Assembly: GCA_963703955.1 (NCBI GenBank)
Contig: CAVPGK010000015.1
Coordinates: 32,001 to 96,000 of the forward strand
DNA: 64,000 nucleotides
Direction: 5' to 3'
Source of the DNA: Nitrospirota bacterium
GTDB lineage: Bacteria > Nitrospirota > Nitrospiria > Nitrospirales > Nitrospiraceae
In this document: positions 21,568 through 31,351 of the stretch, piece by piece
How the letters are laid out: each line of letters starts with the position of its first letter
Position numbering within the stretch: position 1 is the stretch's first letter
Notes under the pieces: generated by a model
The model's input: the letters and a program-made list of their open reading frames with translations, nothing else
Told to the model about the DNA's origin: nothing
Databases searched by the model: none
Program-made: the position numbers and the translations under genes

Positions 21568-22552
21568 ATGATGATGTCCTATCGCGAAGCGCTGAATCAG
21601 GCCATGCGCGAGGAGATGCGTCGCGACGAGCGTGTCTTTCTCATCGGTGAAGAAGTCGGCTATTACCAGGGCGCATTCAAGGTCAGCAAGGGATTTGTCG
21701 AGGAATTCGGCGCTAGCCGCGTCTTGGATACCCCGATCACGGAAGCCGGTTTCACCGGTCTGGCCATCGGCGCCGCCATGGCGGGGCTGCATCCCATCAT
21801 CGAGTTGATGACATTTAACTTCGGCATCCTGGCCTTAGATCAAATCGTGAACAATGCAGCCAAGCTTCGTTACATGTCGGGAGGCCAATTGTCCGCGCCG
21901 CTCGTCATTCGCGGCCCCGGCAGCGCGGCGCATCAGCTTGGCGCGCAACACTCCCAAAGCTTGGAAGCGTGGTTCTGCCATGTGCCTGGTTTAAAGGTCA
22001 TCGCCCCGGCGACACCGCATGACGCCAAGGGACTGTTGAAGAGCGCGATCCGGGATCGAAATCCCGTCATTTTCATTGAGGCGCAACTGCTGTACGGCAC
22101 CAAGGGCGAGGTACAGGAAGGAGAATACACCATCCCCATTGGTCCGGCGGAGGTCAAGCGTCAGTGGTCACGATCTGACGATCGTCGCCTATTCCAAAAT
22201 GTTGCTACTGGCGATGGAGGCAGCGTTAGAGCTCGCCAAGCAGGGAATCGAGGCTGAAGTGGTGGACCCTCGCACGCTGAGGCCGCTGGATGTGAACACC
22301 ATCGTTGCCTCCGTCAAGAAGACCGGCAAATTGATGATTGTGGAAGAGGGTTGGCGCTTCGCTGGATTCGGTGCTCAAATTGCGGAAAGCGTTTACAGCC
22401 AGGCATTTGATTACCTGGACGCTCCGATCGTGCGCGTCACAGGCGAGGATGTCCCCATGCCCTACTCGCGACCACTAGAGGACGCGGCGATCCCCGACCG
22501 TGCGCGTGTGTTGGCGGCAGTGAACACCCTCATGTTAGGTTCCTCACGGTGA
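21568..22552 (+). CDS. pdhB: Pyruvate dehydrogenase E1 beta; frameshift near 22165
   Basis: YREALNQAMREE, DTPITEAG, AQHSQ, then DPRTLRPLD, DVPMPY. Confidence 0.92.
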
Positions 22553-22573
22553 TATTATGAGAGGAGATGCGCT

Positions 22574-22936
22574 ATGACGACCCCAACTCCAGGCCATATT
22601 GAGATCACAGAAACCCTCGTTCGGCTCTATGTCTTTCTGGCGCAGTATTTAGATCGTTGTCTGAACGAAGCCGCGCGACAGTCGTTCCCGGAACATGAAC
22701 TTCAAGCACATCTTTCATCAACAAAGGCTAAGATGTTGGAAATACTGTCTGTTAATCGTGTGGTCAAAGGCAAGGTGGAGAAGGAATGCGAGCGTGTCCT
22801 GTCGCTGGGGGCCGCGTGCCTCAAAGGAGGCGGAGAAAAGGCAGCGGCTTTGACCGAATTGAAAGCGGAGCGAGCCGTTCTTCAAAACAAGACCATTGCC
22901 TTGAGCGATTTATTGGCGGTGTTTCGGGCCTCATGA
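22574..22936 (+). CDS. Hypothetical all-helical protein within the pdh cluster
   Basis: Strong SD GAGGAG; 120-aa ORF filling the gap. Confidence 0.75.
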   Translation: MTTPTPGHIEITETLVRLYVFLAQYLDRCLNEAARQSFPEHELQAHLSSTKAKMLEILSVNRVVKGKVEKECERVLSLGAACLKGGGEKAAALTELKAERAVLQNKTIALSDLLAVFRAS

Positions 22937-22977
22937 TCAGGGTGCTGAAATGGGCCCTATGGTAAGCAGGGCGCTGA

Positions 22978-23373
22978 ATGTCCAATGAGATCGTCGAGCG
23001 CTACCAGATCTCCGGGCTGGATGAGCGAGAGCGGGGATTCAGCCGGCTCATGGACATCGAGCGGGTCGATGGCGATTATCGGGCTGTTCTTCGATATGAA
23101 AAAACCATCGTTGAAACTGCAGGATGCGATGGGTCAGAGGCCGCCTTAAGCCGGCTCATTTCACAGTTGCATGAACGGGGCTTTTCTCAGCTCAGGAGTC
23201 GATTGAATTTTCGCGGGGCCGCCTATCTCGGTAGCCAGGAGCCCTGGATCGAATATCCCGATCCGAGTCGTCCGATAGAGGACGAGCCCGGAGCGATTAC
23301 TGAACAGTTGGCGAGGCGGACAGGGTGGATCGGCAAGGTATTGAAGCTGTTCGGCGAACAGCGATCGCGTTAA
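22978..23373 (+). CDS. Hypothetical protein within the pdh cluster
   Basis: 131-aa ORF with protein-like composition filling the gap, co-oriented. Confidence 0.7.
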   Translation: MSNEIVERYQISGLDERERGFSRLMDIERVDGDYRAVLRYEKTIVETAGCDGSEAALSRLISQLHERGFSQLRSRLNFRGAAYLGSQEPWIEYPDPSRPIEDEPGAITEQLARRTGWIGKVLKLFGEQRSR

Positions 23374-23447
23374 GTGATCAGTCAGTCGCTTCGACGATTC
23401 ATGGTTCACGTTGAAGGGTTGGTTCATGATGGACGGTGGGAAGAACT

Positions 23448-24743
23448 ATGGCCACACGGGTCGTAATGCCCAAATTGACTGATACCATGGAGGAAGGGGT
23501 CGTTCTAACATGGAAAAAGCATGAGGGTGACTCCGTTAATAGCGGAGACGTCTTGGCGGAGATCGAAACGGACAAGGCGGTCATGGACCTCGAGGCGTTC
23601 GGGTCCGGTACACTGCGGCGCGTCCTTGCCGGCGAAGGAGAAGCCGTCAAGGCAGGCGCGTTGATCGCCGTGATCGCTGAGCCGGATGAAGACATTGCGC
23701 CTGCGTTGCAAGAGACGCTCGGCTCCGCCCAGACAGCGGCTCCGGAGCCGGCATCCGCTCCCCAGAAGGAATCGCCGTCCTATGTCAAACCTCCGGCTCC
23801 ACCATCGAGTCCATCCAAGTCTCAAACTCAGAAGTCCGATGCCCAGAAGGCGGAAGACCCTCGGATCAAGGTTTCGCCGCGCGCCAAAGCGCTGGCGATA
23901 GAACGGGGCGTCGATCTTTCCACGATCAAAGGCTCAGGACCTGATGGACGCATCATTGAACGCGATATCTTTGGAGCGGAAACGGATGGCGCCACACCCG
24001 CACCTGCGCGTACGGATCGTCCGCTCAGCCAAATGCGCAAGGCCATCGCAAGGACTATGGTTCAGAGTAAGGCGCCGGTCCCACACTTTTATCTCACCAC
24101 CGACATTGCAATGGACGAGGTGGAGCGACTGCGAAGTCAATGGAAGCAAGCCCGTCCATCCCACCCCAGCGTGACGGATCTGATTATCAAGGCAGCCTCA
24201 CTGGCGTTAAGTCGCCATCCCGAGATCAATGTTTCATACGCCGAAGACAAGATCCGTCAACATCCGACAATTGATATCGGAATCGCCGTGGGGTTGGATG
24301 AGGGGCTGATTACGCCCGTGCTTCGCAATTGCGGCACAAAGACCTTGGAGGAAATCGCAACCCAGGCCCGCGCGCTGATCGAACGGGCCCGCAGTCGTCA
24401 GCTCAAACCTGAGGAATATACCGGCGCGACGTTTTCGATCTCGAACCTCGGTATGTTTGACGTGGAAAACTTCATTGCCGTTCTGGTGCCGCCTGAAGCG
24501 GCAGCTCTCGCCGTCGGGATGGTACGGGATGTGCCGACTGTTGAAGATGGTACAATTAAGATAGGCCGCAGGATGAAGGTCACCCTCTCGTGCGATCATC
24601 GGGTTTTAGATGGCTTGCAAGGTGCCAAATTCTTGGGTGAGTTGAAACGCATCCTGGAACATCCTCTTGAGCTGCTTTTTTCACCTGGCCCAGCCCAGGC
24701 GCGCCAAGACGCGCCCCCTCCCGAGCCTGAGGAGAATCGATGA
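23448..24743 (+). CDS. pdhC: Dihydrolipoamide acetyltransferase (PDH E2)
   Basis: MPKLTDTMEEG, lipoyl site ETDKA, E3-binding GSGPDGRI, catalytic DHRVLDG. Confidence 0.95.
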   Translation: MATRVVMPKLTDTMEEGVVLTWKKHEGDSVNSGDVLAEIETDKAVMDLEAFGSGTLRRVLAGEGEAVKAGALIAVIAEPDEDIAPALQETLGSAQTAAPEPASAPQKESPSYVKPPAPPSSPSKSQTQKSDAQKAEDPRIKVSPRAKALAIERGVDLSTIKGSGPDGRIIERDIFGAETDGATPAPARTDRPLSQMRKAIARTMVQSKAPVPHFYLTTDIAMDEVERLRSQWKQARPSHPSVTDLIIKAASLALSRHPEINVSYAEDKIRQHPTIDIGIAVGLDEGLITPVLRNCGTKTLEEIATQARALIERARSRQLKPEEYTGATFSISNLGMFDVENFIAVLVPPEAAALAVGMVRDVPTVEDGTIKIGRRMKVTLSCDHRVLDGLQGAKFLGELKRILEHPLELLFSPGPAQARQDAPPPEPEENR

Positions 24744-25651
24744 CATTTGTGCCCGTCGATGAACTTGGAGCCGGACGGTCTTCTGCTTCGGACCAGAAAG
24801 GAAGAACCGGACGCCTTCCCCCGTGGTTCAAGGTCAAGATCAGACAGGGGCCGGACTATCTGGAGATCCGGCGGACGATGGATACACTCGGCTTACACAC
24901 GATCTGTGAGGAGGCTCGCTGTCCCAATGTCTGGGAATGTTGGAATAACCGCACTGCCACTTTTCTAATTCTGGGCGATATCTGCACGCGCCGATGTCAT
25001 TATTGCTCGGTGACCACTGGGCGGCCGCTGGAGGTGGATCGAGGAGAACCGCTTCGTGTTGCCCAAGCGGTGCAAACGCTTGGGTTGCGACATGCCGTCA
25101 TTACGTCGGTGAATCGCGACGAACTGGAAGACGGAGGGGCCGAGATCTTTGCTAAGACGATCCGCCACATCAGGCGGCTAATCCCCACTTGCGCCATCGA
25201 AGTGTTGATTCCTGACTTCGCGGGCAGTAAAGCAGCATTATCCATGGTTGTGAAAGAAAACCCTGAGATTCTGAATCACAATATTGAAACCGTTCCTCGT
25301 CTCTTTCCCACCGTCCGTCCGCAAGGCAAATACCCGCGCTCTGTTGAATTGCTGGATCGCGCCAAGCGCATGGGCGCTCGAACCAAGTCCGGCTTAATCC
25401 TCGGCATGGGAGAGACGCTGGATGAAGCCAAAGAAGTCATGCGCGATCTCCACGCGGTCGGCTGCGACATCGTGACCATCGGCCAATACCTGCAACCCAC
25501 CAAGCAACACCTGCCAGTCGCTCGTTTCTACCATCCCGACGAGTTTGCCGAACTGAAGGCTGAAGGGGTGGCCATGGGCTTCAGCCACGTCGAATCGGGA
25601 CCGTTGGTGCGAAGTTCGTACCACGCCGAACAACAGGTAAGAGGCTGCTGA
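24740..25651 (+). CDS. lipA: Lipoyl synthase
   Basis: CEEARCPNVWEC, CTRRCHYC, GPLVRSSY. Confidence 0.96.
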   Translation: MTFVPVDELGAGRSSASDQKGRTGRLPPWFKVKIRQGPDYLEIRRTMDTLGLHTICEEARCPNVWECWNNRTATFLILGDICTRRCHYCSVTTGRPLEVDRGEPLRVAQAVQTLGLRHAVITSVNRDELEDGGAEIFAKTIRHIRRLIPTCAIEVLIPDFAGSKAALSMVVKENPEILNHNIETVPRLFPTVRPQGKYPRSVELLDRAKRMGARTKSGLILGMGETLDEAKEVMRDLHAVGCDIVTIGQYLQPTKQHLPVARFYHPDEFAELKAEGVAMGFSHVESGPLVRSSYHAEQQVRGC

Positions 25652-25712
25652 AAATCCCCTCCGCCTTTGTTGTCGATCGCTCCGGGCCGCCTCACACCGA
25701 TTCTTCATTGAA

Positions 25713-25741
25713 TTGACTCTCCTCCAACCCGCCCATATAAT
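25713..25741 (+). promoter_or_regulatory. Sigma70 promoter of the GlmL/DUF6754 operon
   Basis: TTGACT-17 bp-TATAAT. Confidence 0.8.
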
Positions 25742-25778
25742 GACTTGACGTTCCAGCACTGGGCGTCCCTTCGCAAGA

Positions 25779-26153
25779 ATGGCCGCATTCTCCAAGGTAA
25801 ACTTGGCGCAACGACTCAATGGGATTAGGGCCCATCTGCGGCATGCGTTTGCGATTGCGCCGGAGGGGCAGCCGCTATCCGTTGAAGACATCGCATTGCT
25901 CGTACGAGTGGCCGATGCGGTCATCAAGCGCGGGATGGTTGCACCAGCGACCATGTTTTTGGAATCCATGGGACCGATGAATTTCCTCGGCAGTCAAGCG
26001 CTCCACTTTCTCACGCCGATCCTCGAAGTCGTCTTCCCTGCGCGCGACATTGAACGCGTCGCGCTTCTCCTCGAACGACGCGACACTCTCCCCCGCCTCG
26101 CGGCAATTATTGAAAGCCGGTCAGAAATGAAGCGGGCCTCTGGACGTCCATGA
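25779..26153 (+). CDS. Small helical hypothetical protein (operon gene A)
   Basis: PATMFLESMGPMNFLGSQ...LLERR; ATGA overlap with the glmL-like gene. Confidence 0.8.
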   Translation: MAAFSKVNLAQRLNGIRAHLRHAFAIAPEGQPLSVEDIALLVRVADAVIKRGMVAPATMFLESMGPMNFLGSQALHFLTPILEVVFPARDIERVALLLERRDTLPRLAAIIESRSEMKRASGRP

Positions 26154-27967
26154 CCGCAGCGGATCGGCCGCTTCAGACAATCGTCGCCACGGACTGCGGA
26201 AGCACCACGACCAAAGCCATCCTGATTCAAAAGACCCCGGACGGGTATCGGCAGACCTACCGCGGCGAAGCGCCCACGACCGTCGAAGCGCCGTTCGAAG
26301 ACGTCACGCGCGGGGTGCTCAATGCGATCGTCGAAATCGAAGAACTTTCGGGGCGCAAGATCTTGGACGGCGAAACGATCATCACGCCCAGTGGGGCAGA
26401 CGGCGACCCCAAGGTCGGCGTGGACATCTATATCTCCACCAGCAGCGCGGGCGGCGGGCTTCAGATGATGGTGGCCGGCGCGGTTCAGAGTATGACCGGC
26501 GAGAGCGCGCAGCGGTGCGCCTTGGGAGCCGGCGCGATCGTCATGGATGTGTTGGCATCCAACGATGGGAGACTCCCGCATGAGAAGATCGAGCGTATCC
26601 GGTCGCTCCGGCCTGACATGATCTTGCTCTCTGGCGGCACCGACGGCGGCACCGTCACCCATGTTGTGGAGATGGCCGAGTATATCGCGGCGGCCGAGCC
26701 GCGTCCTCGGCTGGGGATGAGCTATAAGCTGCCCTTGATCTACGCCGGGAATAAAGATGCACGAGATCGCGTACAAGAGGTTCTCGGCGAAAAGACGGCA
26801 CTCACAATCACCGAAAACATCCGTCCACTCTTAGAAAGGGAAAACCTGGCCCCGGCGCGCAACAAGATTCACGATCTGTTTCTCGAACACGTGATGGCCC
26901 AGGCGCCTGGCTAAAGAAGCTGATCTCCTGGGCCGGCGCGCCGATCATTCCCACGCCCGCTGCTGTCGGAATGATCATGGAGACTCTGGCTCGACGTGAC
27001 GGGATCAATCTCATCGGCGTCGATATCGGAGGCGCGACAACCGATGTCTTTTCGGTATTCCAAGGCATCTTCAACCGAACCGTCAGCGCCAATTTGGGGA
27101 TGTCCTACAGTATCTCAAACGTGTTGGCTGAGGCCGGCCTGAGCCAACATCATGCGATGGGTTCCGTTCACGATCGAAGAGCAAACGCTCCGCAATCGGA
27201 TCAAGAACAAGATGATCCGGCCGACCACAATCCCGCAAACCCTAGACGAACTCCAGATCGAGCAGGCGATCGCGCGCGAAGCGCTCCGGCTGGCGCTGGC
27301 CCACCATAGGTCGTTGGCGACCGGCCTAAAAGGCGTGCAACAGGAACGGACGATCTCGGACATCTTCGAACAGCGGGCATCCGGCGCGACGCTGATCGAC
27401 ATGCTGAAGCTCGACCTGATCGTCGGCAGCGGCGGCATTCTATCGCACGCGCCGAGACGCGTGCAGTCGATGCTTATGATGGTGGATGCCTACGAACCAC
27501 TCGGGGTTACCACCCTCGCCGTGGACAGTATCTTTATGATGCCGCACCTCGGCGTGCTCTCGACGGTCAATGAGCAAGCGGCCACCGATGTGTTCGTGAA
27601 AGACTGTTTGGTCTATCTGGGCACGTGCATCGCTCCGATCGGGCAAGGGAAGAACGGCGAGCGGTGCATGGATTACACCCTGACCTTTGCCGGAGGCCGT
27701 CAGGCGGAATCCGGCACCTTGGCGTTCGGGGATGTGCGTCTGATCCCTTTGGAAAGTGATGAGCAGGGTCAGGTCGAGCTGCGACCTGTCAAGCAGGTGG
27801 ATGTCGGAGAAGGCAAAGGGACGGCGACGACCCGTGCCGTCAAGGGAGGTGTGGTGGGCGTTCTCTTGGACGGCCGAGGCCGGCCCCTTCAACTTCCGAC
27901 CGACTCCCAGGCTCGTGTGACGGCGTTGACTCACTGGCATCAGGCGGTCGACCTTTATCCGAAATGA
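26150..27967 (+). CDS. GlmL (glutamate mutase L)-family ASKHA ATPase (gene B); frameshifts near 26912 and 27145
   Basis: Two actin-like phosphate loops DCGSTTTK and DIGGATTDVFS; SSAGGGL, PDMILLSGGTDGG, RTVSANLGMS, GSGGILSH. Confidence 0.85.
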
Positions 27968-27971
27968 AAAA

Positions 27972-28044
27972 TAGCCATTAGCGATCAGCTAATTCAATAG
28001 TGGAGGCTGGGAAATTTTAGCTGATGGCTGATCGCTGACGACTA
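27972..28044. repeat. Inverted pair of heptamer tandem arrays
   Basis: TAGCCAT TAGCGAT CAGCTAA ... TTAGCTG ATGGCTG ATCGCTG ACGACTA. Confidence 0.75.
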
Positions 28045-28053
28045 CTCTCAGAT

Positions 28054-29190
28054 ATGGGACATTCGTACACTCCAGGGTTAACCGTCGCCGACCGGACTGT
28101 GGTCCGAAAGCGGCGGCTGTTGCCGATTCCCGGAACGGTGCTCGTTCAAGAAGGTGCAATGGTCAGCTCGGAGACAGTGGTGGCGCGGACAGACCTGCCG
28201 GGCAAGGTCCATCCCGTCAATGTGGCCAATCTGCTCGGCGTGGCGCCAGACGAAGTGGGTGAGTATCTCGTTAAGAAAGAGGGTGAGGTGGTGCGCCGAG
28301 ATGAGGTGATCGCAGAAAATAAACCCCTCATCAAATGGTTCAAGACCGAAGTGCGATCACCCATCGAAGGGACATTGGAGTCGGTGTCCGCCGTCACCGG
28401 CCAAGCGCTGCTTCGCGAGCCGCCTCGATCGCTGGACCTGCTGGCGTACGTCGACGGCAGAGTCGTAGAAGTCCATCCCAAACAAGGAGTGACGGTCGAG
28501 ACAGAATGCAGTCTGATCCAGGGTATTTTCGGGATCGGGGGCGAGACGTGGGGCGAGCTGGTCATGGGCGTCAAGTCGCCAGGCGACCATCTGACCGCGG
28601 CCCAGTTGGTCCCGGCGATGAAGGGGACAATCGTGGTAGGCGGGGCGTTCCTCGGTGCCGACACAATGACGCGGGCGCGGGAGGTCGGTGCAGCCGCGCT
28701 CGTCGTGGGTGGCATCCATGACAAGGATCTTCGAGAATTACTGGGTTATGACCTCGGAGTGGCCATCACCGGCACCGAACGCGTGGGCTTTACGCTGGTG
28801 CTCACGGAAGGATTCGGAACGATCCCCATGGCAGCGAAAACCTTTGCGCTGCTCCAGGTGCACGCCGGCCAGAAGGCTTCGATCTCAGGGGCGACGCAGA
28901 TCCGGGCGGGTGTCATTCGGCCCGAAATCATCATCCCAAGAAAACGTGATGGCGGTCAGAGACAAGCAGAGACAACGCTCTCGTCCGTCGAGCGAGGTGG
29001 CATTGCCGTCGGCGATCAGGTCCGCATTATCCGCGATCCTCTGTTCGGTCGGATCGGCCAGGTCGTCGCGCTCCCGCACGCTCTGAAGCAGATCGAAACC
29101 GAGAGCGAGGTGCGCATCCTGGAAGTCCAATTTGAAGATCAGACGGTCGCGGTGATTCCGAGGGCGAATGTGGAGCTCATTGAAGGATGA
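28054..29190 (+). CDS. Soluble hypothetical protein (gene C): barrel-sandwich-hybrid-like N-terminus, alpha/beta core, KOW-like C-terminus
   Basis: VLVQEG..V, VRSPIEGTL, QGIFGIGGE, VGGIHDKD, LTEGFG, GATQIRAGVIRPEII, VGDQVRIIRDPLFGRIGQV. Domain calls are pattern inference. Confidence 0.75.
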   Translation: MGHSYTPGLTVADRTVVRKRRLLPIPGTVLVQEGAMVSSETVVARTDLPGKVHPVNVANLLGVAPDEVGEYLVKKEGEVVRRDEVIAENKPLIKWFKTEVRSPIEGTLESVSAVTGQALLREPPRSLDLLAYVDGRVVEVHPKQGVTVETECSLIQGIFGIGGETWGELVMGVKSPGDHLTAAQLVPAMKGTIVVGGAFLGADTMTRAREVGAAALVVGGIHDKDLRELLGYDLGVAITGTERVGFTLVLTEGFGTIPMAAKTFALLQVHAGQKASISGATQIRAGVIRPEIIIPRKRDGGQRQAETTLSSVERGGIAVGDQVRIIRDPLFGRIGQVVALPHALKQIETESEVRILEVQFEDQTVAVIPRANVELIEG

Positions 29191-29345
29191 AGGGGGCGGG
29201 TGACTGGGGTGATCCCCATGATCGCGCACCACGCACGATCAGAATGCGCTCGCCAGAGGCAAAGGGTGTCATAGCGCGCTTCGGGCGGGCGGGTGAATTA
29301 GCCGCTTGGGGAGGAGAGGTGCGGCGGGGCTTTTTGAGCAGCCTG
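29191..29345. mobile_element. Chimeric MITE-like repeat overlapping the start of gene D
   Basis: Shares TCGCGCACC, CGATCAGAATG.GCTCG and (inverted) GGGC.GGCGGGTGAA with 5102-5247; ends TTTTTGAGCAGCCTG, the exact reverse complement of the left end of 38700-38819. Confidence 0.7.
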
Positions 29346-30579
29346 AAACGGGTCTTCTCGGTCTGTACCCTTCTTCTGCTACTCCCAACTCTCGCCTTCG
29401 CGCAGCAAAAAGTGAAAGCGCCGGGAAATGTTCGGGTCTTCGACACGCCAAATGACGGCGGTGGCGCCCTCACACTGGTCTGGTCCGCGGCTCCGTATGA
29501 CGACCCGTCGGTGCGTTACCAGATCCTTCTCGTACCCGGCGATTCGAACGGGGCCGCTACCGAGAAGAAAGTCATCGCGGAATTTCCGGCGAATTCACAT
29601 TACGTTCGCGAGACCAAATTACCCTGGTGGACACGACCGGGGAATCCCAACGACCATCAGTACGACGTGAAATCGGGAAAGGGCGTCGAGCTGAAGACCG
29701 GGACGCCGTACAGTCTTGTCGTGGCCGTGGTGAAAGGAGCCGATCGCGCCGAGGCTCCCGCGGTCCAGGCTATTCCAGGTCCCAACTGGATCAACTGGAA
29801 TCAAATGAACAATCTGTTGCTCGTCCTATTGTTCGGAGGGGTAGTGTTTTGGTCGATCAAGACCGCGAGGAGACGTGAGATTTTTTTGCGACGCATTCCT
29901 GGTTTGGACGCGGTGGATGAGGCGATCGGTCGAGCGACGGAGCTCGGCAAACCCATTCTGTATCTGACCGGCGCCGGCGATATGAGCGAGCCATCGACGA
30001 TCGCGGCCGCCGTCATCTTGGGCCGCGTCGGCAAGCGCGTCGCCGCCTACGAGACGCAACTGATGGTGCCCCATCGCGATCCGATCGTGATGGCGGTCTG
30101 CCAGGAGGTGACGAAGCAGGCCTATCTGGAAGCCGGGAAGCCGGACGCGTTCAAGGAAGACTCGAACTTCTTTATTACCGGCGATCAGTTCAGCTACACC
30201 GCGGCGGTCGATGGCTTGATGCTGCGCAGGAGACCGGCCGCGAACTTCTTTATGGGCTCTTACTTCGCCGAATCGCTGCTGCTGACGGAGACGGGCGCGA
30301 GCACCGGCGCGATTCAGATCGCCGGCACCGACTCGGATCACCAGTTGCCGTTCTTCGTCACGACCTGCGACTACACGCTGATCGGCGAGGAGCTGTACGC
30401 GGCCAGCGCGTATCTGTCGCGTGAGCCGGTTCTGGTCGGCACCCTGCGGGGACAGGATATCGGAAAGGGATTTATTCTGATCGTGATCGTGCTGGGAGCG
30501 GTGCTGGCGACGACCGGCGTGTTGTTCAGTACGGAGGCCTCAGACGGTCCTGCTCGATCTCTTCAAGGATCTGAAATGA
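29319..30579 (+). CDS. DUF6754-like membrane protein with N-terminal exported FN3-like domain (gene D); frameshift near 30540
   Basis: Signal peptide; DTPNDGGGALTLVW; TM helix; LRRIPGLDAVDEAIGRATELGKP...AESLLLTETG..GAIQIAGT..QLPFFVTTCDYTLIGEELYAASAYLS; C-terminal TM; ends LLDLFKDLK*. Confidence 0.8.
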
Positions 30580-31235
30580 TCTTTTTCAGGCGACAGCTCC
30601 CCCTGCTGATCACGTTCGTCACAGGCGTGCCCTTCATAGGGCAATACTACGTCCCGCATCCCGCCTCTGAGCAGATGCTGACCACCGTGCATCAAGTGGC
30701 TGCAGATTATTGGCGGGTTCGCGCTGGTGCTGGGCATCACGAGTCTGCTTCACATCAGCATGCGCTGAAAATCGGCGGCAGGAACCGGGCTGGGGCTACA
30801 GCTCGTCGTCTATGTCCTGGCGATGATGGTCACGATGGCGATCGGACTGTTCTGGATGAACGGCAAGGACAACGGTGAATGGGAGCAGACGCGCTTCGGC
30901 TGGATCTACACCTACACCTTGGTGCCGCTGCAGGGCACGATGTTTTCGATCCTGGCGTTTTTCATCGCCTCGGCCGCCTATCGCTCCTTTCGCGCGCGCA
31001 CGCCGCGAGGCGGCGGTCCTGCTGGTCGCGGCGGTCATCGTCATGATGGGGCGCGTCCCGCTCGGCGAGTATCTGCATGCCCGGACAGCGGCGATGTCAC
31101 CCAGTGGATGCTGAACGTGCTCAACAGCGCCGTCCGCCGGGCGATTCTCATCGGCGTGAGCCTCGGGGCGTGGCGCTGTCGCTCAAGATTATCTGCGGCT
31201 ATGAGCGATCGTACCTGGGTGGGGGAAAGGAATAG
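30576..31235 (+). CDS. Polytopic membrane protein (gene E); several indels
   Basis: Stitched: MIFFRRQLPLLITF...QYYVPH...PLQGTMFSILAFFIASAAYRSFRART..AAVLLVAAVIVMMGRVPLG...RRAILIGVSLG...GYERSYLG; ATGA overlap with gene D. Confidence 0.7.
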
Positions 31236-31238
31236 TGC

Positions 31239-31340
31239 AAAGTAAAAAGTAATAGAGCAAAAGTGAAATATCATCTGACAATCCAAATGAAACCCCAAAG
31301 AAGCCCATTTCTTACCTTTACCCTTTGCCTTTTGACTTGT
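31239..31340. repeat. Inverted pair of degenerate purine-rich/pyrimidine-rich heptamer arrays
   Basis: AAAGTAA AAAGTAA TAGAGCA AAAGTGA ... TTACCTT TACCCTT TGCCTTT TGACTT. Confidence 0.6.
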
Positions 31341-31351
31341 GAGGTCACGCA

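Noticed and set aside
26150..27967. Glutamate fermentation / methylaspartate pathway inferred from the GlmL-like gene
   Set aside because: No mutase subunits, B12-binding motif or methylaspartate ammonia-lyase in the window.
27972..31340. Heptamer arrays or MITEs as CRISPR repeats
   Set aside because: No regularly spaced 23-47 bp direct repeats with unique spacers and no cas genes.
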